Assembly (NCBI GenBank): GCA_965203275.1
Contig: OZ241865.1
Span: 2,208,001-2,272,000, forward strand
From: Bdellovibrionales bacterium
Lineage (GTDB): Bacteria; Bdellovibrionota; Bdellovibrionia; Bdellovibrionales; JAUICD01
Length of the DNA stretch: 64,000 bases
Direction of reading: 5' to 3'
The translations under genes and the position numbers were made by a program. Under the pieces are notes generated by a model. The model made no database searches. It saw only the letters and a list, made by a program, of their open reading frames with translations, and was not told where the DNA came from. This document shows, piece after piece, positions 1 to 9,790 of this stretch (its first letter is position 1; the number at the start of each line of letters is the position of its first letter).

Positions 1-76
1 GTATGGACTCATAGTCGATAAAGACAAAGATAAAGAGGTGAAAAAAGAACATACTAAAAAAGAAAAGCCCGTATGA
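1..76 (+). CDS. 3' end of a further copy of the tandem coiled-coil membrane protein (truncated by window edge)
   Basis: Reads YGLIVDKDKDKEVKKEHTKKEKPV-stop, nearly identical to the C-termini of the six downstream copies. Confidence 0.9.
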   Translation, partial: YGLIVDKDKDKEVKKEHTKKEKPV

Positions 77-132
77 TCATCCACATTGATTGGAAACCTT
101 AACCCTCATAGTATGTTTCCAGTGTTTGTTGC

Positions 133-161
133 TAGACGGGCCTTAGATTATGTTGTATAAT
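133..161 (+). promoter_or_regulatory. sigma70-like promoter, repeated in each unit
   Basis: TAGACG-17 nt-TATAAT about 65 nt upstream of the ATG; AAGGAGG Shine-Dalgarno before each start. Confidence 0.55.
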
Positions 162-226
162 GATGTACTGTTTAAATGCTTTGTTTTTTTATATTAATCA
201 GGTGATGTATAACCAAGGAGGATATT

Positions 227-625
227 ATGGAAGCTTTCATTGAAATACTTAATCAGCTAGATGCAATGACCATCTTAGCTATGTTTGGTATAGGATATTT
301 TTTTTATACTAAAATCACAAATGCTTTTAATGAACGGATCAACCAATCAGAAAAGAACTTAAATGAGCGAATAAACCAATCAGAAAAGCACTTAAAGGAA
401 TATATAGATGCTAAAATGGAACCTATTCAGGAGCAGGTATACAATCATATACCTACACAGATGAAAGCCATGGAAGATAAGTTTGATCGAAAGTTTGATT
501 CGAAATTCGAAATTATGGAAGATAAGTTCGATCGAAAATTCGACACATTGTATGGACTTATAGTCAATAAAGACAAAGATAAAGAGGTGAAAAAAGAACA
601 TACTAAAAAAGAAAAGCCCGTATGA
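227..625 (+). CDS. N-terminal TM, coiled-coil repeat protein, copy 1 (132 aa)
   Basis: Strong RBS; hydrophobic segment MTILAMFGIGYFFY; 11-aa coiled-coil modules; NHIPTQ motif. Confidence 0.9.
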   Translation: MEAFIEILNQLDAMTILAMFGIGYFFYTKITNAFNERINQSEKNLNERINQSEKHLKEYIDAKMEPIQEQVYNHIPTQMKAMEDKFDRKFDSKFEIMEDKFDRKFDTLYGLIVNKDKDKEVKKEHTKKEKPV

Positions 626-776
626 TCATCCACATTGATTGGAAACCTTAACCCTCATAGTATGTTTCCGGTGTTTGTTGCTAGACGGGCCTTAGATTAT
701 GTTGTATAATGATATACTGTTTAAATGCTTTGTTTTTTTATATTAATCGGGTGATGGTATCACTAAGGAGGATATT

Positions 777-1262
777 ATGGAAGCTTTCATTGAAATACTT
801 AATCAGCTAGATGCAATGACCATCTTAGCTATGTTTGGTATAGGATATTTTTTTTATACTAAAGTGACAAATTCTTTTAATGAACGGATCAACCAATCAG
901 AAAATAACTTAAAGGAATGGGTAAATAAATCAGAAAATAACTTAAGGGAATTGGTGAACAAATCAGAAAATAACTTAAGGGAATTGGTAAACCAATCAGA
1001 AAAGAACTTAAATGAACGAATAAACCAATCAGAAAAGCACTTGAAACAATATATAGATGCTAAAATTGAACCTATTCAAGAGCAAGTAAACAATCATATA
1101 CCCACACAGATGAAAACCATGGAGGATAAGTTTGATCGAAGATTCGAAATTATGGAAGATAAGTTTGATCGAAAATTCGACACATTGTATGGACTTATAG
1201 TCAATAAAGACAAAGATAAAGAGGTGAAAAAAGAACATACTAAAAAAGAAAAGCCCTTATGA
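777..1262 (+). CDS. N-terminal TM, coiled-coil repeat protein, copy 2 (161 aa)
   Basis: As copy 1, with extra SENNLRELVNK-type modules. Confidence 0.9.
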   Translation: MEAFIEILNQLDAMTILAMFGIGYFFYTKVTNSFNERINQSENNLKEWVNKSENNLRELVNKSENNLRELVNQSEKNLNERINQSEKHLKQYIDAKIEPIQEQVNNHIPTQMKTMEDKFDRRFEIMEDKFDRKFDTLYGLIVNKDKDKEVKKEHTKKEKPL

Positions 1263-1422
1263 TCATCTACATTGATTGGAAACTGTAACCCTATAGTATG
1301 TTTCTGGTGTTTGTTGCTAGACGGGTCTTAGATTATGTTGTATAATGATGTACTGTTTAAATGCTTTGTTTTTTTATATTATTTTATATTAATCGGGTGA
1401 TGGTATCACTAAGGAGGACATT

Positions 1423-1896
1423 ATGGAAGCTTTCATTGAAATACTTAATCAGCTAGATGCAATGACCATCTTAGCTATGTTTGGTATAGGATATTTTTTT
1501 TATACTAAAATCACAAATGCTTTTAATGAACGAATCAACCAATCAGAAAAGAACTTAAAGGAGTTGGTAAATAGCTTAAATGAGCGAATAAACCAATCAG
1601 AAAAGCACTTAAAGGAATATATAGATGCTAAAATGGAACCTATTCAAGAGCAGGTATACAATCATATACCTACACAGATGAAAGCCATGGAAGATAAGTT
1701 TGATCGAAAGTTCAACACCATAGAAGAGAAGTTTAATCGAAAGTTTGACACCATGGAGGATAAGTTTGATCGAAGATTCGAAATTATGGAAGATAAGTTT
1801 GATCGAAAATTCGACACATTGTATGGACTTATAGTCAATAAAGACAAAGATAAAGAGGTGAAAAAAGAACATACTAAAAAAGAAAAGCCCTTATGA
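1423..1896 (+). CDS. N-terminal TM, coiled-coil repeat protein, copy 3 (157 aa)
   Basis: As copy 1, with extra MEDKFDRKFDT-type modules. Confidence 0.9.
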   Translation: MEAFIEILNQLDAMTILAMFGIGYFFYTKITNAFNERINQSEKNLKELVNSLNERINQSEKHLKEYIDAKMEPIQEQVYNHIPTQMKAMEDKFDRKFNTIEEKFNRKFDTMEDKFDRRFEIMEDKFDRKFDTLYGLIVNKDKDKEVKKEHTKKEKPL

Positions 1897-2047
1897 TCAT
1901 CCACATTGATTGGAAACCTTAATCCTCATAGTATGTTTCCGGTGTTTGTTGCTAGACGGGCCTTAGATTATGTTGTATGATGATGTACTGTTTAAATGCT
2001 TTGTTTTTTTATATTAATCGGGTGATGGTATCACCAAGGAGGACATT

Positions 2048-2488
2048 ATGGAAGCTTTCATTGAAATACTTAATCAGCTAGATGCAATGACCATCTTAGC
2101 TATGTTTGGTATAGGATATTTTTTTTATACTAAAGTGACAAATGCTTTTAATGAACGGATCAACCAATCAGAAAAGAACTTAAAGGAGTTGGTAAATAGC
2201 TTAAATGAACGAATAAACCAATCAGAAAAGCACTTAAAGGAATATATAGATGCTAAAATGGAACCTATTCAGGAGCAGGTATACAATCATATACCTACAC
2301 AGATGAAAGCCATGGAAGATAAGTTTGATCGAAAGTTTGACACCATGGAAGAGAAGTTTGATCGAAGATTCGAAATTATGGAAGATAAGTTCGATCGAAA
2401 ATTCGACACATTGTATGGACTTATAGTCAATAAAGACAAAGATAAAGAGGTGAAAAAAGAACATACTAAAAAAGAAAAGCCCGTATGA
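2048..2488 (+). CDS. N-terminal TM, coiled-coil repeat protein, copy 4 (146 aa)
   Basis: As copy 1. Confidence 0.9.
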   Translation: MEAFIEILNQLDAMTILAMFGIGYFFYTKVTNAFNERINQSEKNLKELVNSLNERINQSEKHLKEYIDAKMEPIQEQVYNHIPTQMKAMEDKFDRKFDTMEEKFDRRFEIMEDKFDRKFDTLYGLIVNKDKDKEVKKEHTKKEKPV

Positions 2489-2638
2489 TCATCCACATTG
2501 ATTGGAAACCTTAACCCTCATAGTATGTTTCCGGTGTTTGTTGCTAGACGGGCCTTAGATTATGTTGTATGATGATGTACTGTTTAAATGCTTTGTTTTT
2601 TTATATTAATCAGGTGATGTATAACCAAGGAGGATATT

Positions 2639-3157
2639 ATGGAAGCTTTCATTGAAATACTTAATCAGCTAGATGCAATGACCATCTTAGCTATGTTTGG
2701 TATAGGATATTTTTTTTATACTAAAATCACAAATGCTTTTAATGAACGAATCAACCAATCAGAAAATAATTTAAAGGAATGGGTAAATAAATCAGAAAAT
2801 AACTTAAGGGAATTGGTGAACAAATCAGAAAATAACTTAAGGGAATTGGTAAACCAATCAGAAAATAATTTAAGGGAATTGGTGAACAAATCAGAAAATA
2901 GCTTAAGGGAATTGGTGAACAAATCAGAAAATAGCTTAAAACAATATATAGATGCTAAAATTGAACCTATTCAAGAGCAAGTAAACAATCATATACCCAC
3001 ACAGATGAAAACCATGGAGGATAAGTTTGATCGAAAATTCGAAATTATGGAAGATAAGTTCGATCGAAAATTCGACACATTGTATGGACTTATAGTCAAT
3101 AAAGACAAAGATAAAGAGGTGAAAAAAGAACATACTAAAAAAGACAAGCCCTTATGA
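2639..3157 (+). CDS. N-terminal TM, coiled-coil repeat protein, copy 5 (172 aa)
   Basis: As copy 1, with the longest SENNL-type run. Confidence 0.9.
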   Translation: MEAFIEILNQLDAMTILAMFGIGYFFYTKITNAFNERINQSENNLKEWVNKSENNLRELVNKSENNLRELVNQSENNLRELVNKSENSLRELVNKSENSLKQYIDAKIEPIQEQVNNHIPTQMKTMEDKFDRKFEIMEDKFDRKFDTLYGLIVNKDKDKEVKKEHTKKDKPL

Positions 3158-3308
3158 TCATCCACATTGATTGGAAACCTTAACCCTCATAGTATGTTTC
3201 CGGTGTTTGTTGCTAGACGGGCCTTAGATTATGTTGTATGATGATGTACTGTTTAAATGCTTTGTTTTTTTATATTAATCGGGTGATGGTATCACCAAGG
3301 AGGACATT

Positions 3309-3731
3309 ATGGAAGCTTTCATTGAAATACTTAATCAGCTAGATGCAATGACCATCTTAGCTATGTTTGGTATAGGATATTTTTTTTATACTAAAGTGAC
3401 AAATTCTTTTAATGAACGGATCAACCAATCAGAGAACAACTTAAAGGAATGGGTAAATAAATCAGAAAATAACTTAAGGGAACGAATCAACCAATCAGAA
3501 AAGCACTTAAAGGAATATATAGATGCTAAAATTGAACCTATTCAGGAGCAAGTATACAATCATATACCCACACAGATGAAAACCATGGAGGATAAGTTTG
3601 ATCGAAAGTTCGAAATTATGGAAGATAAGTTTGATCGAAAATTCGACACATTGTATGGACTTATAGTCAATAAAGACAAAGATAAAGAGGTGAAAAAAGA
3701 ACATACTAAAGATAAAGAAAAGCCCTTATGA
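3309..3731 (+). CDS. N-terminal TM, coiled-coil repeat protein, copy 6 (140 aa)
   Basis: As copy 1. Confidence 0.9.
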   Translation: MEAFIEILNQLDAMTILAMFGIGYFFYTKVTNSFNERINQSENNLKEWVNKSENNLRERINQSEKHLKEYIDAKIEPIQEQVYNHIPTQMKTMEDKFDRKFEIMEDKFDRKFDTLYGLIVNKDKDKEVKKEHTKDKEKPL

Positions 3732-3935
3732 TCATCCACATTGGAAACCTTTAAGAAAAGCCTATTAAAATAAACGAGAACCCCTCACAAATCGATTGGC
3801 TTCAAGTGAGAAGGTTTCCGATGTAAAGTATCTGAAAGTGTTTTTTGTGGTTTCATGGCACTTTTAATCTTGAAAGAACTTGCAACTTAGAACATGGCTC
3901 TACAAATTGACTTATAACTAATGTGAAAACAATCC

Positions 3936-5753
3936 TTAAATATTTATTTCTTCTATAGAGCCGACTCTTGTTTGATTGTAAAAGTATTTAACAATATCAT
4001 TAGCTGTCCATGGTTGGTCAAGACGCGTTGGAACAGTAGCCTCTGGTGTAGGTCTTCTAGTTTCTGTGCTAGGCCATCCATGTTGAGCTAATTGGACGGC
4101 AGCCAATTGAGGTAAGCCACGACCATGTCCAAAAGCGACCACATCTCCATTGGGTCTTGCTTTCCTTCGTCCATTTGAACAACGATGAGAGGGAATATTT
4201 CTCACCTTCTGCTCTGTCAATGGATCCACATTAGGAAGAGAGCCAGGATCAATAGTTCTAGGACTACCACAGCTATAATATTCTGTTAAAGTCACTTTTG
4301 CACCAGTGAATAAAACTTGTTTTCTTGATTCCATAACTAGATTATAATAATCAGCTCTCTCGCTTTTCATTCCTAAATAGAGCTGACTACTTGTTGTGGG
4401 AAGAACATCCCAAACACGTCCTCGTCTTCGTGCCAAACGGCTTCTATTGACAGCATATGTTCTAGCAACTAAAATTTGAGCTTTGACAGCTTCCTCTGTA
4501 TTTGAGTTTAATTCTGATGGCACAACAGACAATAGATATACATCTAAATCTATGGAGTTAATAATCGACCAATAGTGTTGAGCAAACTGAATACGAAAAC
4601 TTCCTCTAAAAAATCCTGAATAATTGTTCCATTGTACATTTGTTGCACCCAAATCAAAGTAGTTAGAAGATGTACTAGAAGTAATATCTTGTAAAGGCAC
4701 AACAGACACTGCATCTGACTGTAAATAAAAAGTTTTATTTTGATTTTCGTCTAAGACAATGCGATTTGTTGAACAAGATGTTGTTCTATTAGGACAATCA
4801 AAAAACATTTCTACGATATGTGCTTGTCCTAAATTTTCCAATACTTGATTTGACACAGGATTTATTTTTTGTACAGCAAAGCCATTTTTGTTATGGAGTT
4901 TAGCATATTTTCTGTCTTCTCCTTCTACACTAGGGTAATGATCAAGATCATAACGGTTTGTGATTTTATTAGGGAAAAGCTTAACACGGATATGCCCATA
5001 ATCATCCAAAGAAGGATGTTCAATATGATGGATCACAGCTTCTATTTGAGATATTTCTTCTTTTTGAGTTTCTATTTTTTCTTCAAGCTCTGCTTGTCTT
5101 TCTCTCAGGTCTTCTTCTTCTAAGCCTTCTTCTGTTTCTAAGATATTTTCTGTTTCTAAGGTATCTTCTGTTATATCAGAAATCACTTCTACGACTGTTT
5201 CTCCATCGACCTGATCATGATGATCAGGAGCTATATCTGCATTCCTCCTTTCGGCTAAAATTTCATTGATCATTGAAAGTTTATTGAGCAATTCAGGAAG
5301 TCTTGCATTCAATGCTTGTTTTTCTTCTTCTGTTGTACTGTCTAACTGAAGGCTTGCATTGGTATTTTCAATATCTTCTATAAGAGTCTGCATTTGATTT
5401 TCTAAAGCCGTATCATCTAGGGCTTCTAAGGTATTCCTTACATCTTCTGCTTCTGCTTGTTGAGCTATTAAAGCTTCATTGATTTCTTCAAGTTCTCTTT
5501 GAGTTTCTTCATGCTCTCTCTTTTTTTCTTCTAGTTTTTCTTTGTTTTCTCTTTGGATTTGTCGAGGGTCAGCTTGTAAAATACGTCGATCATCTTCTGT
5601 AAAGGTGCCTAGGGGTGTATCATTTTCTATCGTTCCATCAAGAGTATAGCTTTCATTATGGGAAGCAATACAGGATATAGTAGATAAAGCCCATATACAA
5701 GTTAAGCTGACTATGCCGATATATTTTACATATTTCAAAAATTTAAGCTTCAT
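3936..5753 (-). CDS. Exported SpoIID/LytB-domain protein with acidic coiled-coil N-terminal half
   Basis: Motifs INSIDLDVYLLSVVPSE, EAVKAQILVARTYA, TTSSQLY and GHGRGLPQLAA match SpoIID lytic transglycosylase motifs; N-terminal signal or lipoprotein-like peptide. Confidence 0.8.
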   Translation of the reverse strand: MKLKFLKYVKYIGIVSLTCIWALSTISCIASHNESYTLDGTIENDTPLGTFTEDDRRILQADPRQIQRENKEKLEEKKREHEETQRELEEINEALIAQQAEAEDVRNTLEALDDTALENQMQTLIEDIENTNASLQLDSTTEEEKQALNARLPELLNKLSMINEILAERRNADIAPDHHDQVDGETVVEVISDITEDTLETENILETEEGLEEEDLRERQAELEEKIETQKEEISQIEAVIHHIEHPSLDDYGHIRVKLFPNKITNRYDLDHYPSVEGEDRKYAKLHNKNGFAVQKINPVSNQVLENLGQAHIVEMFFDCPNRTTSCSTNRIVLDENQNKTFYLQSDAVSVVPLQDITSSTSSNYFDLGATNVQWNNYSGFFRGSFRIQFAQHYWSIINSIDLDVYLLSVVPSELNSNTEEAVKAQILVARTYAVNRSRLARRRGRVWDVLPTTSSQLYLGMKSERADYYNLVMESRKQVLFTGAKVTLTEYYSCGSPRTIDPGSLPNVDPLTEQKVRNIPSHRCSNGRRKARPNGDVVAFGHGRGLPQLAAVQLAQHGWPSTETRRPTPEATVPTRLDQPWTANDIVKYFYNQTRVGSIEEINI

Positions 5754-5985
5754 CTTTATTCCTTATTTTCTAATTTATTGAAAATTTCACTCAATATTAC
5801 TTCTAAAGAACATTCAAGAATAATGCCAAAGTTAAAAGCTTTGTAAAGTCTATAAAATAACTGTTGAAGGGTTATAGAGGTGACAAAAAACGTCTTATTT
5901 TGCCATTTTTTGTTTCTTTAAGGGGACATTTTGTTAGCTCTACAAAGGAATATATAAGTATTTTTGCCAAACGAACTGAATAAAA

Positions 5986-6041
5986 ATCCGGGATCCGGGA
6001 TCTGGCATCCGGGATCCGGCAACCCGGCAGTCAGGCATCCG
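5986..6041. repeat. GC-rich heptamer tandem tract (GGGATCC/GGCATCC/GGCAACC)
   Basis: Read directly; similar tracts at ~9722, ~15930, ~38505 and ~57855. Confidence 0.75.
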
Positions 6042-6054
6042 AAAAACAAGCAAG

Positions 6055-6393
6055 GTGAAGCGAATATCTTGTTTCCTTAACATGGTGTCAAGAGAGGAAG
6101 GGATCCTTTCTACTAAAAGTAAACGGACTTTTGAGGCATTGCTCTTTTAATATAATTTTGAAAGCATTTTGTTTCCTTAACATGATGTTAAAAGAGGAAA
6201 GGATCCTTTCTACTAAAAGTGGTCAGGCTTTCTAGGTTGCCAGCAATTGAGAAGGCGATAGCCTTCGGCTGGCAACCAGAAAGTAGCCAGAGGCTATCGA
6301 CCACTTTTAGGGAAACAGAGGCTGGTTCAATTTTAGGGAAACAAACGTGGTCATCGCCAGAAAGTAGCCAGAGGCTAGACCACTTTTAGTGAA
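6055..6393 (+). repeat. Cluster of branched palindromic elements (left half, full copy, two right halves)
   Basis: TTCCTTAACA-N3-TGTYAA, GGATCC, ACTAAAAG.../...CTTTTAG arms and CC-AGA-GG side hairpins. Confidence 0.9.
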
Positions 6394-6673
6394 CCAAATG
6401 ATATTTTTGGAGTTGTTTTTGTAAGACAGTTCTCCAATAGAGAGGATGATAACCTAGCTTACTAGCAGCCATCTTGGCAAAATCTGGTGGAGGGAGTGCT
6501 TGTTCTTGCTCGATCATACTTAAGAAATCATTTGAAATGCCAAGCTTTTTAGCAAGTGCAGATGAAGATATTTGTTCGGACTTTCTCTCAGCCATTAAAA
6601 GATCACCAAATTTTAATGGGCCTAGTTTTTTTGCTAATATTTCTCTGGCTGTTTTATCATCTTTTTTTGTCAT
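6386..6673 (-). CDS. HTH (XRE-like) antitoxin, HigA-type
   Basis: HTH signature SSSALAKKLGISNDFLSMIEQ; overlaps the upstream toxin-like gene. Confidence 0.75.
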   Translation of the reverse strand: MTKKDDKTAREILAKKLGPLKFGDLLMAERKSEQISSSALAKKLGISNDFLSMIEQEQALPPPDFAKMAASKLGYHPLYWRTVLQKQLQKYHLVH

Positions 6674-6945
6674 GAGGACCTCTCTACTTTGAGAATAACA
6701 ATATGATTGATTTGACCTGACTTGCTAGCTTCATAAATAACCCGATAAAGTTTGCCAAAGTAAGCAACTCTTTGCCCATTTTGTTGTCCTTTAAGGGCTG
6801 TGTCATTGTATTTTTTGACCTTTTTTACTTGAGACCAACCAATAGTCTCCATAGCTGTAACCCAAGAGTAAAGCCGTATCAAAATATACTTAGGCAGTCG
6901 ATTGATGATTTTATTGTCTGCAAAAATAATCTTATCCATAAGCAC
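6670..6945 (-). CDS. RelE/HigB-like toxin
   Basis: Small basic protein with YNDTALKG...QRVAY...YRVIY pattern; toxin-before-antitoxin order as in higBA. Confidence 0.65.
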   Translation of the reverse strand: MLMDKIIFADNKIINRLPKYILIRLYSWVTAMETIGWSQVKKVKKYNDTALKGQQNGQRVAYFGKLYRVIYEASKSGQINHIVILKVERSS

Positions 6946-7128
6946 CTATATACTGTGCTGGCATTAAAACTTATTATAAAACAAAATAATAATTTCTTAT
7001 CAATTAATTATATATAGTTATAAAAATGCAAATAACACTTGTCAACAATTTATTAATGATGTAGTGTGCCATAAAATAAATAAAATAGTTTATTTTGAAA
7101 ATCAAATCAACAGGACAGGAGGTGTCAA

Positions 7129-8001
7129 ATGAAATACTTTATTATAATATTTATCCTTATGCAAGGAGCTTTAGCTCGAGCAGATTTATGTAGCCCTACA
7201 TGGTGGGAGGGCATAACATTTGATGAATTAACAGAATATACTGACGTTGGCCGTCACTTTTTTATGATAAATAGTACATGCCCTGATGGAAATAAACCTA
7301 TCCATTTAGCAGCTATGGCTAATGTACCTTTAAAGTCTATAAATTATTTTTTAAACCAAATAGTTCGATTGCATACTTTTACTAACCTTGCTCAAGAAAA
7401 TAATGACGGTCACACCCTTTCAAGTTTTCTTGCTAATGAAAATCAATGGGTTAGGTTCTATTCGGAGGTTACTGTAGAGATTATAACTTTAAATGATATA
7501 CCTTCATCTGATATGGATTCTTCTCCTTCTATAAATGAAGCACTCATGCAAGAAGTTTGTGATTTGACCTGGTGGGAAAACAGAATACAAAATGAATCTC
7601 AATCGGTGGAATATAATGAATCTCAATTGGTGGAATATCTAGTACAAGATGACCAAGACTTTTTAACACTTTACAATACCTGTGAAGATGGCAACATGCC
7701 TATACATCTAGCAGCTCAAGCAGGTGTATCTTTAATAGTAATGAATGTCTTTTTAGGAAGATCAGTACTCAATCATTTACATGAGGTTCTTTATCAAAAA
7801 AATCATCAAGGTCAAACACCTTCTGATCTTATGACAGAAAACAATTATCAAATAGCTACTTTTGATTTACAATTTTTCTTGGATGTCGAGATGCGTCATC
7901 GTGGACCCTTGTTAAGAGATATTGAACCTGATGATAATGATAATTTTGATGATATTGATGATGATTTTGATTTTCTAAATCCCCTTATCCCTCAACGCTA
8001 G
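7129..8001 (+). CDS. Secreted protein with two ankyrin-like modules
   Basis: Signal peptide; duplicated unit C-x2-TWW...DGN(K/M)PIHLAA...N-x2-G(H/Q)T. Confidence 0.65.
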   Translation: MKYFIIIFILMQGALARADLCSPTWWEGITFDELTEYTDVGRHFFMINSTCPDGNKPIHLAAMANVPLKSINYFLNQIVRLHTFTNLAQENNDGHTLSSFLANENQWVRFYSEVTVEIITLNDIPSSDMDSSPSINEALMQEVCDLTWWENRIQNESQSVEYNESQLVEYLVQDDQDFLTLYNTCEDGNMPIHLAAQAGVSLIVMNVFLGRSVLNHLHEVLYQKNHQGQTPSDLMTENNYQIATFDLQFFLDVEMRHRGPLLRDIEPDDNDNFDDIDDDFDFLNPLIPQR

Positions 8002-8027
8002 TGAATATTCATGGTATATGAAAGTCA

Positions 8028-9557
8028 ATGCAAAGCCAAAGTATAAGTAAAAGATTACTTTTATTAATTTTAGATGGGGTAGGGCTTTCTAATAAAAAGC
8101 AACACAATGCTCTTTTTTTAGCAAAGACCCCTCATTTTAATACATTCCTTAAAACAGGTTTGCATAGCAGGTTAAAAGCCTCTGGATTGGCCGTAGGGCT
8201 TCCTCCTAAGGTGATGGGCAATTCTGAAGTAGGGCATCTTACAATAGGAAGTGGAAGAATCCTCCTCCAAGATTTACTTCGAATTTCTCAATTTACTCAA
8301 AAGCATTCTTTTGCTGATTTGCCTGATGTTCAAAGAATAAGTCAATTAAATGGGCATTTACATTTATTAGGACTGCTGTCTGATGGTTGCGTACATGCTT
8401 CTTTAGATCATTTAAAATCTTTGATTGTGGATATTTATAAGGCCTTTCCTCAAAAAAAGGTTTCTATTCATATTATCACTGATGGACGTGATACATCTCC
8501 TTATAGTGGGAAGAAATATGCTTTAGAATTAGAAAGTTTTATCACCCCTTTTGACAATGTAAGGATATCAAGTGTGGCAGGACGCTTTTACACTATGGAT
8601 AGAGATAAAAGATGGGACCGCATACAGGTAGCTTATCAAAATATAACAGGTTTATCACATCATAGAGGTTTTTCTCTAGCTTCAGAAGGCATTCAAGCTG
8701 GGTACGATGCAGGGATCAGCGATGAGTTTATCAAGCCATTTCAAATACAAGGTGGACAGTGTATTCAAGAAAAAGATCAATGCATTATTTTTAATTTCAG
8801 GGCAGATAGAGTGCGTCAAATCTCAGAAGCTTTGGCTAATAGTCACTTTGAGGCTTTTAAAAGACCTTTTGTGATGTCTCCACAAAACCTTTTAACTTTT
8901 ACAAAATACAGAGAAGATTTTTTATTTCCTGTGTTATTTTCAAAGGAAGTACCAGAAAATTGTCTTGGAGAAATATTATCAAAGAAGGGTTTAAAACAAT
9001 TAAGAATTGCAGAGACAGAAAAGTATGCCCATGTAACTTATTTTTTCAATGGTGGACGAGAGAGACCTTTTGAGGGGGAAGATCGTATTTTAATTCCTTC
9101 TCTACAAGATGTAGCTACTTACGATCAAAAGCCTCAAATGAGTACCTATGAGATCACAGATCAAATGTTGGCCTGTATGTCTAAATATGATGTGATCATT
9201 GCTAATTTTGCTAATGGGGATATGGTTGGCCATACAGGTAATGAAACGGCGGTTATTAAAGCAGTAGAAGTTATAGATGAATGCTTGGGCCGTATTGTCA
9301 AATATGGCAGAAATTTTCAGTATGATATTTTTATTACATCAGATCACGGCAATTGTGAAGAAATGTTTTGTTCTAAAACGCTTCTGCCTTTAACTCAACA
9401 CACAACAAACCCTGTACCTTTCATTTGGATACCTTCTCGAGATTCACAATCTCGCAAGCTGTTAGATGGGGAGCTTTCTGATATAGCTCCCACAATTTTA
9501 AGTTATTTAGGGTATGAAGTTCCTGAGCAGATGACAGGTCACAATCTTATAGCTTAG
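8028..9557 (+). CDS. gpmI: 2,3-bisphosphoglycerate-independent phosphoglycerate mutase
   Basis: MGNSEVGH, DGRD, AETEKYAHVTYFFNGG, DMVGHTG and TSDHGN motifs. Confidence 0.97.
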   Translation: MQSQSISKRLLLLILDGVGLSNKKQHNALFLAKTPHFNTFLKTGLHSRLKASGLAVGLPPKVMGNSEVGHLTIGSGRILLQDLLRISQFTQKHSFADLPDVQRISQLNGHLHLLGLLSDGCVHASLDHLKSLIVDIYKAFPQKKVSIHIITDGRDTSPYSGKKYALELESFITPFDNVRISSVAGRFYTMDRDKRWDRIQVAYQNITGLSHHRGFSLASEGIQAGYDAGISDEFIKPFQIQGGQCIQEKDQCIIFNFRADRVRQISEALANSHFEAFKRPFVMSPQNLLTFTKYREDFLFPVLFSKEVPENCLGEILSKKGLKQLRIAETEKYAHVTYFFNGGRERPFEGEDRILIPSLQDVATYDQKPQMSTYEITDQMLACMSKYDVIIANFANGDMVGHTGNETAVIKAVEVIDECLGRIVKYGRNFQYDIFITSDHGNCEEMFCSKTLLPLTQHTTNPVPFIWIPSRDSQSRKLLDGELSDIAPTILSYLGYEVPEQMTGHNLIA

Positions 9558-9790
9558 TATATATTTAGGTTATTGAGTACACATTCTTGCTTGACAAAAT
9601 ACCATTCATAATGATCGCAGTAATGAGTGAATTATCCCATAGAAGTATGAATTTTTGAAAGAGTTTGACAAATATAAGGCACTTTCCTTAATATGTGGTT
9701 AAGAAGTGAGGAGATCCTTTTTCCGGGATCCGGGATGGCAGTCTGGGATCCGGCAACCCGGCATCAGGTCGAAAGGAAAAGGAACTTTTT

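Larger units (their letters stand above)
1..3742 (+). repeat. Head-to-tail tandem array of ~550-670 bp gene units (6 complete + 1 partial)
   Basis: Near-identical ~150 bp intergenic spacer plus CDS recurs, with starts at 227, 777, 1423, 2048, 2639 and 3309. Confidence 0.97.

Noticed and set aside
392..3704. Short minus-strand ORFs over the tandem gene array
   Set aside because: Antisense shadows of the repeated genes; no RBS and no independent protein signal
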